Below are positions 1 through 8,865 of a stretch of DNA of 44,442 nucleotides, in pieces (positions within the stretch are counted from its first letter, which is position 1; the number at the start of each line of letters is the position of its first letter). A program made the translations under genes and the position numbers. A model generated the notes under the pieces. That model was not told where the DNA came from. It worked only from the letters and a program-made list of their open reading frames with translations, and ran no database searches. Source of the DNA: Thermoplasmatales archaeon SW_10_69_26 (lineage in GTDB: Archaea; Thermoplasmatota; SW-10-69-26); NCBI GenBank assembly GCA_003009755.1, contig PXUB01000028.1:1-44442 (forward strand), written 5' to 3'.

Positions 1-347
1 CGAGGGCGGGGCCAGCGGGAACCACGCGACGAGTGCGGCGACGGGCATGGTGACCGAAGCCGGCAGTCCCTAGCCTGGGCTAGGCGTTGCCGGGTTGGTT
101 CACCCCACCACGCGGCCTGTCCGGGCAGGCGATGGGCGTGTGCCCGGGCGGTCGCTTCTTCTCACCTGTTCACGGGGATACCGGGGCTCCGCGCGTTGGG
201 GCTCACCACGCGACTGGCTTGGGCCCCCGGATCCTCTCCATCTTCTTCTCCTCTCCGAGATCTCCCCTTCGTGACTCCGTCAGGCCCGGGAACCGTGGGG
301 TCCGGGTTGGGAACGTTTATGGTAAGGGGTCCGCACTTGGGAGAGTG

Positions 348-908
348 ATGGCTCCCTCGGTCCGAAGCCAAGCGCTCGAGGATCTCCAGCAGGAGACCCA
401 AGAGGAGCTGTCCAGCGCCGTCGAGAAGTACGAGCTCGAGTGCCTCAAACTCATCGAGGCGGTCGAGCGCTTGGATTCGCGTGGCGAGAAGCACACGCTC
501 CGCAAGATCGCGGACATGACCGGCCTCAGCAAGGACGAGGTCAATCGCTACCTGACGGACGAGGTCAACGAGCTGTACAACCTCAAGCGCCTCGAGCACG
601 TGCGCTCCCGCAACCGACCCCTCTACGACCACCTCATCACGAGCGGCCCCCCGCGCGTCGAGGACGGCGACTGGGTCGGCATCGAGGCCAACACCAGCAA
701 GTTCCGAATCTTCAAGGCCGTCGCCATGAAGTACGGCTACAGCGTCGAGGCCGCCCACGCGCAGGGCCGCATCGTCGAGCTGGAGTACCAGGGCATCGAG
801 GAGCTCTCCTACGAGCGCCAGGGCCTGATGTTCAGCTTCCAGGAGCCGGTCCTCTATCTCGACCAGTACCGCCCCAGCGCCGAGGAAGCCGCCGCCGAGA
901 GCCGCTGA
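348..908 (+). CDS. Hypothetical protein with helix-turn-helix motif (putative DNA-binding protein), ~186 aa
   Basis: Acidic host-like coding starts at ATG 348, ~30 nt after TTTATGGT. TLRKIADMTGLSKDEVNRYL is a typical HTH pattern. The 87-347 extension in the ORF track looks non-coding. Confidence 0.65.
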   Translation: MAPSVRSQALEDLQQETQEELSSAVEKYELECLKLIEAVERLDSRGEKHTLRKIADMTGLSKDEVNRYLTDEVNELYNLKRLEHVRSRNRPLYDHLITSGPPRVEDGDWVGIEANTSKFRIFKAVAMKYGYSVEAAHAQGRIVELEYQGIEELSYERQGLMFSFQEPVLYLDQYRPSAEEAAAESR

Positions 909-929
909 TCGTCGGCGGCCCGGCGCCGT

Positions 930-1064
930 CGCTAGACTGCCGGTCTTGTTTTGCTTAGGCTCTCGCGCTGGTCTCAGCGTGACCAGGTCGCGGAGCCCGA
1001 GGAAACCAACCCTCGAGGGTTGTCGATGGAGTGCGACAACGAGGGGCCCGCCGCAGACCGGCGC
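930..1064. ncRNA. Structured non-coding repeat element, copy 1 (candidate ncRNA or non-autonomous mobile element)
   Basis: Shares CGCTAGACTGCCGG, GCTCTCGC, GCGGAGCC, TCGATGG and GCGACAACG in order with 44026-44138. Internal hairpins CTGGTC/GACCAG and CAACCC/GGGTTG; closing stem GCCGGTCT(939-946)/AGACCGGC(1055-1062). Confidence 0.6.
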
Positions 1065-1120
1065 ACCAGAACATTTCCGGTCCCACGGTCTCCCCCTACG
1101 AGCGGGTGGCCAGGAAATGT

Positions 1121-1483
1121 TCACCAAATCGAGGGGGAGCGGTCTCCGTGACCCCCCTCACGGCGGAGGGTGCCGCCCAGAGGCACATCGCGGTCGGGTG
1201 CCAACAGCACCGGGCCCCCGTCCTCGCCCGGCACGCCGACGGTCAAGACCTGGCTTTCGAACCCGGCGATGGACACGGTGCCGAGATCGGTCACGCACAG
1301 GACCTGGCGGCCGACGAGCTCGCCCGTCTCGTAGTTGAGGCCCAGCTGGGCCGCGGAGCGCACCGGCTCGTCGCCGAGGTCGATCTCGAGCTTCACCATG
1401 CCCGGCGTGCGCGCCTCCTCGAAGGGCGCGGCCTCGCGGATGCGCCCCACCTGGATCGTGTTGGACAGCGGCGTGTCGGCCAT
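1121..1483 (-). CDS. csaA: CsaA-like tRNA-binding OB-fold protein / secretion chaperone
   Basis: IQVGRIREA..KLEIDLG..SAAQLGLNY..LVGRQV..IAGFESQVLTVG..PDRDVPLGG matches the CsaA/Trbp111 family. Start taken at MADTP (1483). Confidence 0.85.
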   Translation of the reverse strand: MADTPLSNTIQVGRIREAAPFEEARTPGMVKLEIDLGDEPVRSAAQLGLNYETGELVGRQVLCVTDLGTVSIAGFESQVLTVGVPGEDGGPVLLAPDRDVPLGGTLRREGGHGDRSPSIW

Positions 1484-1592
1484 CGCCGGGACGATGGCTC
1501 GATAGGGCATGAGGGTTGCGGCACCGCTGTCGAGACGGAGAAGAGAGGAAGGGGAGGTCGGGCGGACTTAGCCGCCCGCCGCCGTGCGCGCC

Positions 1593-2912
1593 TCAGCGCA
1601 AGCCGGCGAAGCCGGCGGACCCGCTCGCGGAGGAGCCGCTGTCGGACTGGGCGCCCTGTTCGCGGATCTCGATCGGGCCGTTGTCGGTCTCGGCGTCGAT
1701 CGATTGCTGGATCGACCTGTCCTCGTAGCCGGCGGTGCGCGCCGACTCGCTGTGGTCGGGACCGCGTTCGTCCCCGGCCTCGGTCTCGTCGTCGCTTTCC
1801 TCGTCCACGAGCTCGACCTCGACCGGGCCGTTGTCGGAGGCACCGGTGACCTCGTAGCCGATGTCGTCGCCGTGGGCCAAGAAGACCTCGATCGCGCCGT
1901 TGTCCGAGACCAGCGACAGCTCGCCGGAGCGGATCGGCTCGGTCTTCATGTCGATCCCGCCGTTGTCGGTCTCGATGGAGCCCTCGGAGAGCCTGGACGA
2001 GGCCACGCTCACGTGGCCGTTGTCGCTCGTGGCGTCGAGCACGGGCACGTCGCCGACCAGGCCGATGTCGCCGTTGTCGGTCGCGAGCGCGGCCTCGTCG
2101 GCGTCGGCCTCGAGGTCGATCGCGCCGTTGTCCGTCTCGACCGTCAGCTGGCTGGCGGTCACCGCGGTGCCGTTCACCTTGCCGTTGTCGGTGGCAACAC
2201 CGAGCCTCGCGAAGTCGAGCTCCTCGAGCTGGACGAGCCCGTCGTCGGCGAGCATCCGGGCCGATTCGCCCTCCAGCGAGGACAGGCCCCACGAGACGTC
2301 GAGCCCATCGTCGTCGTGGCCGTCGAGGTCGGCGCGGATCGTCCCGATCGTGGGCTGCGAGGTGTCGACGCAGTCCCCGTCGGGGGAGAGGGTGACGAGG
2401 CTGATGTCGGTCGTGTGACCCTCACCTTCGCAGGCGTGGATGCTCTCGTAGGTGAGCCGCTGGGGCACGTGGGCGACGATCGCGCGGTCGGCCTGATCGC
2501 CGGCGTTGGCGTGCTCGGACTCGACGTCGACGTTCGTGGTCGAGGTGTGGTCGACGACGAGGGACAAGGAGATCGCGTCCTCCTCGGTCGTCTCCTCGAA
2601 CGTGGCCTCGGTCTCGCCGTCGTCGACGGTCGTCTCCTCGCTGGCCTCCAGCACGTCGATCTTGTACTTGTCCTGCGACCAGCCGACGACCTTCACGGTC
2701 CCACGGTCGATCCGCAGGTCCAGGGTCCCGGCGGTCACGTCCTCGGGGACGTCGCCTTCGAAGGTCTCGATCGTCTCACCCTCGGCGGCCGCCATGGCCG
2801 CGGGTGAAGGGGTCTCGTCCTCCATCGTGTCGGTGTAGGAGGCCACGCCCAGGACGGCGGGCGCAGCCAGCAGCGCGAAAGCGATCGCCAGGTGCGTCGC
2901 GTCGAGGCTCAT
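1593..2912 (-). CDS. Secreted protein with DUF4097-type beta-strand repeats
   Basis: N-terminal hydrophobic signal (MSLDATHLAIAFALLAAPAVLGVAS) and about ten repeats of (E/A)T/SDNGxI/V. TATA-like CTTATCC ~30 nt upstream on the minus strand. Confidence 0.75.
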   Translation of the reverse strand: MSLDATHLAIAFALLAAPAVLGVASYTDTMEDETPSPAAMAAAEGETIETFEGDVPEDVTAGTLDLRIDRGTVKVVGWSQDKYKIDVLEASEETTVDDGETEATFEETTEEDAISLSLVVDHTSTTNVDVESEHANAGDQADRAIVAHVPQRLTYESIHACEGEGHTTDISLVTLSPDGDCVDTSQPTIGTIRADLDGHDDDGLDVSWGLSSLEGESARMLADDGLVQLEELDFARLGVATDNGKVNGTAVTASQLTVETDNGAIDLEADADEAALATDNGDIGLVGDVPVLDATSDNGHVSVASSRLSEGSIETDNGGIDMKTEPIRSGELSLVSDNGAIEVFLAHGDDIGYEVTGASDNGPVEVELVDEESDDETEAGDERGPDHSESARTAGYEDRSIQQSIDAETDNGPIEIREQGAQSDSGSSASGSAGFAGLR

Positions 2913-3049
2913 GGTGCTCGAACCGACGACCAGCACGGAGGAGGATAAGCAGGTTGGTGACGTTGTTGAAGCCCGGCCGCCTGGGTTCCCCACCCCGTGG
3001 GTGAACAGGCACCTTATCGCCGGATAGGCGGCTTCGATCCCGAGGGCCC

Positions 3050-4462
3050 ATGCTGCGTCGTCGCTTGCTCGGGCTGTGCCTTGCATTCGCCGCGGTCGCC
3101 ATCGCCGGGCTCGGTCTCGACGGAGCCGAGGCCGGCCACGAGGAGGCGTTGGCCAACACCAACTGCCCCGAGCATCCGCCGATCGCGATCACCGAGGACG
3201 TCGGCGAGCAGGGGTTCGTGCTCGGGCCCGAGGTCGGCCCTCTCACCGCTCCCACCTACCGCCCCGGGAGCGGGGTCGTCGCCGGCAGCGGCACCGCCGT
3301 CAACCCCTACGTGATCGAGGAGTGGTGCATCAGCTCGGACCCGCAGGCCTGGCCCACGGACACGCCCAACCGGGACGTGGCGATCTCGATCCAGGACACC
3401 AGCGCCCACGTCGTCGTGCGGGACAACGTGGTCGCTTCCGAGGGGAACTTCGCGAGCGGGGTCGAGATCCGCAACGCCGAGCACGTGCGCATCGTCGCCA
3501 ACGACGTCGCCGGCCACGCCCGCAACGGCGTCCGCGTCGTCGGCTCCGAGGATGTCGACGTGCAAGCCAACCGGCTGGCGGGCAACGGCGACCTCGGCGT
3601 CCGCGTCGACGGCGGGCTCACCGTATCCACGACGGGGAACACGATCGTCGCCAACGACGAGGGCGCGGTCCACGTCACCGGCACCGCCAACGCCGCCGTC
3701 GAGGCCAACGACATCGCCGACAACGGCGACGGCATCGCGTTCGTCGACGCCGACACCCCCGCCGTCGACGACAACACCATCCAGAGCAACGGCGACACCG
3801 GCATCGCGCTCACGCGCTCCGACGAGGGCGCCATCCGCGGCAACGAGATCGACCGCAGCGGTCTCCCCGACGCCATCCGCCTGTTCGACACCGACCAGAC
3901 CACGATCGCGGACAACACGATCACGCGGACGATCAACGGCATCGGGCTGTGGGTCGCCAGCGACGACAACACCATCCGATCCAACACGGTCCGCTCGACG
4001 AGCGGCGACGGGGTCACCGTCTCGTTCTCCGCGAACACCGTCGTGAAGGCCAACACGATCGAGGACAACACCGGCCACGGTCTCCGCCTCGCCGGCACCG
4101 GCTCGCTCGTCGAAGCGAACACGATCCTCGGCAACGACGCCGGCATCGACGTGGGACAGGCCAGCACCGGCGCCACGATCGAGGCCAACGAGCTGGCGAG
4201 CAACCGCGTCGGCGTCGCGATCGAGGCGAGCCCGACCGACGGCCTGCACCGCAACGTGATCGAAAACAACGCCGAGGCGGGGCTCGCCGTCACCGACGTC
4301 GCCGAGCCGGTGCCCGCCCAAGACAACGGGTGGGGTCACGACTCGGGCCCCAGCGGAGGCGTGGCGGACGCCTGCACGGGTGCGGTCGCCGACGGCGACG
4401 GCCAGGCGATCGCGACGAGCAGCGCCGACGTGTGCTTCGACCCGTGGCTCGAGACGGGTTAG
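3050..4462 (+). CDS. Secreted right-handed parallel beta-helix (NosD/pectin-lyase-like) protein
   Basis: Signal peptide (MLRRRLLGLCLAFAAVAIAG), G-S-G-T-x-x-N-P-Y-V-I cap and many IxxNxIxxNxxGI repeats. Confidence 0.8.
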   Translation: MLRRRLLGLCLAFAAVAIAGLGLDGAEAGHEEALANTNCPEHPPIAITEDVGEQGFVLGPEVGPLTAPTYRPGSGVVAGSGTAVNPYVIEEWCISSDPQAWPTDTPNRDVAISIQDTSAHVVVRDNVVASEGNFASGVEIRNAEHVRIVANDVAGHARNGVRVVGSEDVDVQANRLAGNGDLGVRVDGGLTVSTTGNTIVANDEGAVHVTGTANAAVEANDIADNGDGIAFVDADTPAVDDNTIQSNGDTGIALTRSDEGAIRGNEIDRSGLPDAIRLFDTDQTTIADNTITRTINGIGLWVASDDNTIRSNTVRSTSGDGVTVSFSANTVVKANTIEDNTGHGLRLAGTGSLVEANTILGNDAGIDVGQASTGATIEANELASNRVGVAIEASPTDGLHRNVIENNAEAGLAVTDVAEPVPAQDNGWGHDSGPSGGVADACTGAVADGDGQAIATSSADVCFDPWLETG

Positions 4463-4606
4463 GCCGCCTCGTCGGACCGGTCCGCGACGGGTGGGATCGA
4501 CGGCTGTCGGTACAGCACGGCGCGCGGGTGCTGTTTCAACGCCTCACAGGCTGGCGGGAGGTTGGACCCTCTCGCGTTCCCCGGGGGCTGGTCGCGTCGA
4601 GTCCCC

Positions 4607-7600
4607 TCACCGCCGCACCCGGACGGCTTTCGCGGTGTTCTTCTCCGCGGCTTTGCGGGCGGGCGGGATCGTGCTCGCCACCGTCGCCACGAGGCTGATC
4701 GAGACGAGGATCGCGATCGACGTCCAGGGGACCGAGAACGTCGCGCCGGCGTCCGCGAAGAACGCCAGGAAGGCGGCGTAGGCGGCCGCGACGCCGACGG
4801 CCAGGCCTGGGATGATGCCCAACAACGCGGTGAGCAGGGCTTCGCCGACGAGACTGGCCGTCACGTGCTCGCTGGGGATGCCCATCGCGCGCATGATGCC
4901 CAGCTCCTGCTCGCGTTCGAGGGCGGCTTTGGCGGTCACGATGCCCAGGCTGGCGACGCCGATCACGAGCCCGATGCCCAGGAACACCTGCAACACGGTG
5001 TAGAAGCGAGCGTTCTGCTGCTGGGTCTGGACGGCCTGCTCGCGGATGTCCTCGGCGTTGAGGCCCAGGTCCTGGAAGTCGGTCTCCAGCTGGCGGGCGA
5101 CCTGTCGGGGGTCCTCGCCCTCGTCCACCCTCACGAGGATCGAGGTGCCGTGCGTGGGGAACAGCTCGCGTACCGTGTCCTCGTGGACGAAGATCCCGCC
5201 CAGGTACTGCTGGCGTTGGGCACCCAGCACCGTGAAGTTGGCCGAGCGCCCGCCAAGGTCGACGGTGAGCTCCTCGCCGCCGTCGATGCGGCCCAGCCGG
5301 CCGGCCTCGTCGGCGTCGTAGACCCGGGACACGATCGCGTTCGAGCGGTCCTCGCGGATCGCCTGGTAGGCCTCCCGGTCGCTGTCGAAGGTGCCCGAGC
5401 GGCCGGCCAGCTCGTAGCCGTTCTCCTCGGCGAAGCCGGGCGTGACGCCGTAGAACACGTCGATCGGGGGCCCGTTGTACTCCGGTGGCCGCCCGTCGAT
5501 CTCGACGATGTCGCCGCCGACGATGCGGGCCCGTGGCAGCTCCTCGCTGGAGGCGACGCGATCCAGGGAGCTGGGTTGCTCGTCGAGGTTCTCGTCCGCC
5601 CAGGCTTCCAGGTCGTCGACCGGGAGCCGCGTCTCGGCGTGGACGTCGTAGCCGCCAGCCTCGCGTTCCGGTTCGACCTCGAAGACGGTGAAGAACGTGG
5701 AGAAGAAGATCAACACCAGGATGACCAGCGCGAACATCGAGGCGGTCAGCCCGGTGCGAAGCTGCTTGCGCGTCGGGTAGGAGAGGGCGACCATGCTGGC
5801 CGGCGCCAGGCGGCCGGCGCGCCGGGCCAGGCCCTTGAACAGCTTGGGCAGCCCGGGGGCGTTGAGCACGGCGACGACGGCCGCGATGACGAGCATGACG
5901 CCGCGGATCGGCACGATGTAGGAGGTCTCGGCGGCGGAGACGTCCTGGAAGGCCAGCACGGTCCACAGGCCGTAGGCGACCACGGGCGCGCTGGCGGTGA
6001 AGCGGGCGATGCGCTTCCCGTAGCGGCGGGTCAGGCCCCAGCCGACGGCCCCGATCACCGCCGCGGGGCCCAGCACGAGCAACGTGTAGAACCCGGTCGG
6101 GAGGTAGGCCAGCCCCGCCAGCGTGCCGACGATCGCGGTCGCGCGCACGGCCAGTTTCGGGTCGCGGGAGACGGGGTCGCGGCGATCCTTGAGGCCGCTG
6201 GCGATGTTCACCCGTGACAGGCGCACGCCGGTCAACAGGACGGCGACCATCGTGATCGCCAACCCGGCCGCGGCGGCGACGAGGATCGTGCCCCAGTCGA
6301 CGACGAACGGGATCGGCAGGCTGTCGGGCCCGATCACAAAGTCGTTCACGGCGCCGACGAGCACGTAGGCCAACCCCAACCCGGCCAAGGCGCCGACCGG
6401 GACGCCGGGGATCGCGTACAGGAGGCCTTCGAGCCCGATCGTGGCGGTCAGCTGGCGGCGTTTGGTGCCCAGGGCCCGCATCACGCTCATCTCGACGCGG
6501 CGCTCCTCGCCCAGCATCGTGAACAGGTTGACGACGAGCAGGACGCCGGCCACGATCGTGAACGAGGACAGCGTCGTCAGGAACCGCGTGAACTGGCTGC
6601 CGGCCTCCTCGGCCCGCTCGACGACGGCCTGCTTGCTGGGCTCGACGCTGAGCGCCTGCACGCTGGGCTGATCGACGTCGGCCTTCGTGTCGTTCAAGGC
6701 CGCCTCGAGGTCCGGCATCACGTCGTCGGTGGCTTCCAAGCCCTCGCGCACGCCGCCGGGGTTGGAGACGCGGACGAGGTTCACTTCGTCCTCGCGGTCC
6801 AACAGCGTCTGCAGGCGCTGCATCTCGAAGAACACGGCCGGTTCGCCGGTGAACCCGCCCTTGCCCTCGCCGGACACGACGCCGGCCACGTCGACGGTCT
6901 CGCGCTCGGTGGCTCGCTGCTCGGCCAACCGTTCCTGCAGGGGCCCCAGGTCGGCGAGCGCGCGCCGGCCTTCGCGCAGCTCCTCGAGCGAGAAGGCCGG
7001 GCGGAGCACGATCACGAACAGCTGGAAGGGCTGCTCGGCGGCGGCTTCGGCGCGCACCTCGGCCGTCCAGTTGCCGGCCTGGGCGGTCGCGTTCACGAAC
7101 GCCGGCGCGTCCGGCGAGCCCGAGGTCCCGTTCGTGTTCTCGACCGTCGTCCCGTCCGGGGCTTGCAGGGCCAGGTCGAGGTCGGTGCTGTTCTCGGGTG
7201 AGCCCCAGCCCAGGACGCCGACGACGCGCTCGTCGGCCTCGTCGACCTCGAAGGTGAACGTCTCGCTGACGGGCCCGGAGCTCTCCTCCGGGAGCGGCGG
7301 ATCGAGGGGGCCGCTGGGGGCCGAGCCGGCGCCGGTCAGGTTGCCCTCGAAGCGCGTCACCTCGGGCACGACCGGGTCCAGGGGCGGAGCATAGCGAAGC
7401 TCGAGCTCGTCGCCGGCGGACAGGTCCAGCCGGTCGGCCAGGCGCTCGTTGACGAGCACGCCCTCGGTCAGGTCGTCGGCGCCCTCGACGGCCTCGAACC
7501 CGCCAAAGCCCTCCTCCTCCGCTGGGTACCCGATCGTCAACGCTCCCGGTTCGGTCAAGCCCTGGCTCGAGCGGGCGACCGTCGCATGGGTGACGGCGGG

Positions 7601-7882
7601 TGAGACCTGCAGGTCCGGGCGACGGTCGTTCACCGACCGGGTGAAGGCCTCGGCGGCCTCCTCCGGCACGAAAAAGTCGCCCTCGCTTTGCACGGTCTCG
7701 TCGGTCTGCCCGAGCACGTCGAAGGCGACCTGCCGGATGCCGCCCTCGGCGGCTTGCCCGGCCAGCAGGGAGGCCGAGAGCACCATCGTGCCGACGGCGA
7801 CGGCGGCCGCGGCGGCGATCGCTTGGGCCTTGTGGCGCTTGGCGTTGCGTTTGGCGATCCGCCACAGCTGGCCGCCGATCAC
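4607..7882 (-). CDS. FtsX/MacB-like ABC transporter permease (duplicated, ~1091 aa) with an inserted PPC-like extracellular domain
   Basis: Two FtsX C-terminal motifs (EERRVEMSVMRALG; EREQELGIMRAMG), multiple TM helices and large extracytoplasmic loops. Overlaps the ATPase gene by 4 nt. Confidence 0.9.
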   Translation of the reverse strand: MIGGQLWRIAKRNAKRHKAQAIAAAAAVAVGTMVLSASLLAGQAAEGGIRQVAFDVLGQTDETVQSEGDFFVPEEAAEAFTRSVNDRRPDLQVSPAVTHATVARSSQGLTEPGALTIGYPAEEEGFGGFEAVEGADDLTEGVLVNERLADRLDLSAGDELELRYAPPLDPVVPEVTRFEGNLTGAGSAPSGPLDPPLPEESSGPVSETFTFEVDEADERVVGVLGWGSPENSTDLDLALQAPDGTTVENTNGTSGSPDAPAFVNATAQAGNWTAEVRAEAAAEQPFQLFVIVLRPAFSLEELREGRRALADLGPLQERLAEQRATERETVDVAGVVSGEGKGGFTGEPAVFFEMQRLQTLLDREDEVNLVRVSNPGGVREGLEATDDVMPDLEAALNDTKADVDQPSVQALSVEPSKQAVVERAEEAGSQFTRFLTTLSSFTIVAGVLLVVNLFTMLGEERRVEMSVMRALGTKRRQLTATIGLEGLLYAIPGVPVGALAGLGLAYVLVGAVNDFVIGPDSLPIPFVVDWGTILVAAAAGLAITMVAVLLTGVRLSRVNIASGLKDRRDPVSRDPKLAVRATAIVGTLAGLAYLPTGFYTLLVLGPAAVIGAVGWGLTRRYGKRIARFTASAPVVAYGLWTVLAFQDVSAAETSYIVPIRGVMLVIAAVVAVLNAPGLPKLFKGLARRAGRLAPASMVALSYPTRKQLRTGLTASMFALVILVLIFFSTFFTVFEVEPEREAGGYDVHAETRLPVDDLEAWADENLDEQPSSLDRVASSEELPRARIVGGDIVEIDGRPPEYNGPPIDVFYGVTPGFAEENGYELAGRSGTFDSDREAYQAIREDRSNAIVSRVYDADEAGRLGRIDGGEELTVDLGGRSANFTVLGAQRQQYLGGIFVHEDTVRELFPTHGTSILVRVDEGEDPRQVARQLETDFQDLGLNAEDIREQAVQTQQQNARFYTVLQVFLGIGLVIGVASLGIVTAKAALEREQELGIMRAMGIPSEHVTASLVGEALLTALLGIIPGLAVGVAAAYAAFLAFFADAGATFSVPWTSIAILVSISLVATVASTIPPARKAAEKNTAKAVRVRR

Positions 7883-8574
7883 CCGGGGGTGGCCTCCTCT
7901 CGGACGAGCTTGCCCGACTCCATGTGCAGGACGCGATCGGCGTAGTCCAGCACCTTGTCGTCGTGCGTCACGATCACGTAGGTCTGGCCCAGCTCCTCGT
8001 TGAGCTCGGCCATCAGGTCCAGCACGCGGAGCCCGGTGTCGCGGTCGAGGTCGCCGGTGGGCTCGTCGGCCCAGACGATCTCCGGTTCGTTGACCAGCGA
8101 GCGCGCCAACGCGACGCGCTGCTGCTCGCCGCCGGACAGCTGGTTGGGCAGGTGCTCGGTCCGGTCGCCCAGCCCGACGCGGTCGAGGGCTGCCTGGGCC
8201 GTCTCACGGGTGGGATCGGGCTCGTGGCCGTCCAACAACAGCGGCATCTCGACGTTCTCGACGGCGGTCAGCACCTGGACGAGGTTGAACGCCTGGAAGA
8301 CGAACCCCATGCGTTGCGACCGGATGTCGGTGCGAGCGTCGTCGGCCAGCTCGTCGAGCTGCCGGTCGTCGAAGCGGACCCGCCCCGCCGTCGGGACGTC
8401 GATCCCGCTCAGACAGTTGAGCAGCGTCGTCTTCCCGCAGCCGGAGGGACCGAGGATCGCGACGACCTGGCCGGCGTCGATGTCGACGTCGACCCCGCGC
8501 AGCGCGTGCACCTCGCCAGCCTCGGTGCTGTAGGTGCGCTCGAGGCCGCGGGCCGAGACGAGCGGCGCCGTCAC
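7879..8574 (-). CDS. ABC transporter ATP-binding protein (LolD/MacB-type)
   Basis: Walker A GPSGCGKT, GFVFQAFNL, signature LSGGEQQRV, Walker B WADEPTG, VTHD. Confidence 0.95.
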   Translation of the reverse strand: MTAPLVSARGLERTYSTEAGEVHALRGVDVDIDAGQVVAILGPSGCGKTTLLNCLSGIDVPTAGRVRFDDRQLDELADDARTDIRSQRMGFVFQAFNLVQVLTAVENVEMPLLLDGHEPDPTRETAQAALDRVGLGDRTEHLPNQLSGGEQQRVALARSLVNEPEIVWADEPTGDLDRDTGLRVLDLMAELNEELGQTYVIVTHDDKVLDYADRVLHMESGKLVREEATPG

Positions 8575-8633
8575 GTCCGGGGCTAGTCGGGCCCCCTACA
8601 AAACCGGTCGGGCCGTGCTCCCGTCAGGGGCCC

Positions 8634-8810
8634 TCAGTCCCCGCCGTAGTCCTTGGCGACCTCGACCATCCACTGCTCCCACCGGAACCGGCAGGAGGGG
8701 TCGTTCTCGACGTGCTCGTAGAAGCCCATGCCCTGGTCTTCGATCGGCTTCCCGCAGACGACGCACACCTTGTCGGGGTCGAACGACAGCTCCTTCGCGG
8801 GCGAGGCCAT
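8634..8810 (-). CDS. Small CxxCG zinc-finger-like microprotein, 58 aa (not in ORF track)
   Basis: Manual translation gives MASPAKELSFDPDKVCVVCGKPIEDQGMGFYEHVENDPSCRFRWEQWMVEVAKDYGGD*. Host-like GC3 codon usage; potential ligand set CxxC...H...C. Confidence 0.8.
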   Translation of the reverse strand: MASPAKELSFDPDKVCVVCGKPIEDQGMGFYEHVENDPSCRFRWEQWMVEVAKDYGGD

Positions 8811-8865
8811 GCATCCTGTTGAGGCCGCGAGGAAGAACAGCCCTCGGGGGCTCGAACATGTTCGG

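Noticed and set aside
985-1030. Hammerhead ribozyme (GAAAC-stem-GTC) or HDV-like ribozyme (TTCCTCG loop) in copy 1
   Set aside because: There is no CUGANGA core, the required pairings are incomplete, and copy 2 does not conserve these nucleotides.
4536-7865. Long Arg/Pro-rich alternative-frame and antisense ORFs (also 15747-19619, 25101-27665, 26264-30085, 27720-30206, 36036-38465, 40029-42566)
   Set aside because: Shadow ORFs expected from high GC3. They overlap well-supported genes and lack the acidic host composition.
8596-8859. 87-aa ORF downstream of queC, considered as queD or similar
   Set aside because: Arg-rich off-frame translation with no QueD motifs. The real gene is the 58-aa ORF 8634-8810 in another frame.
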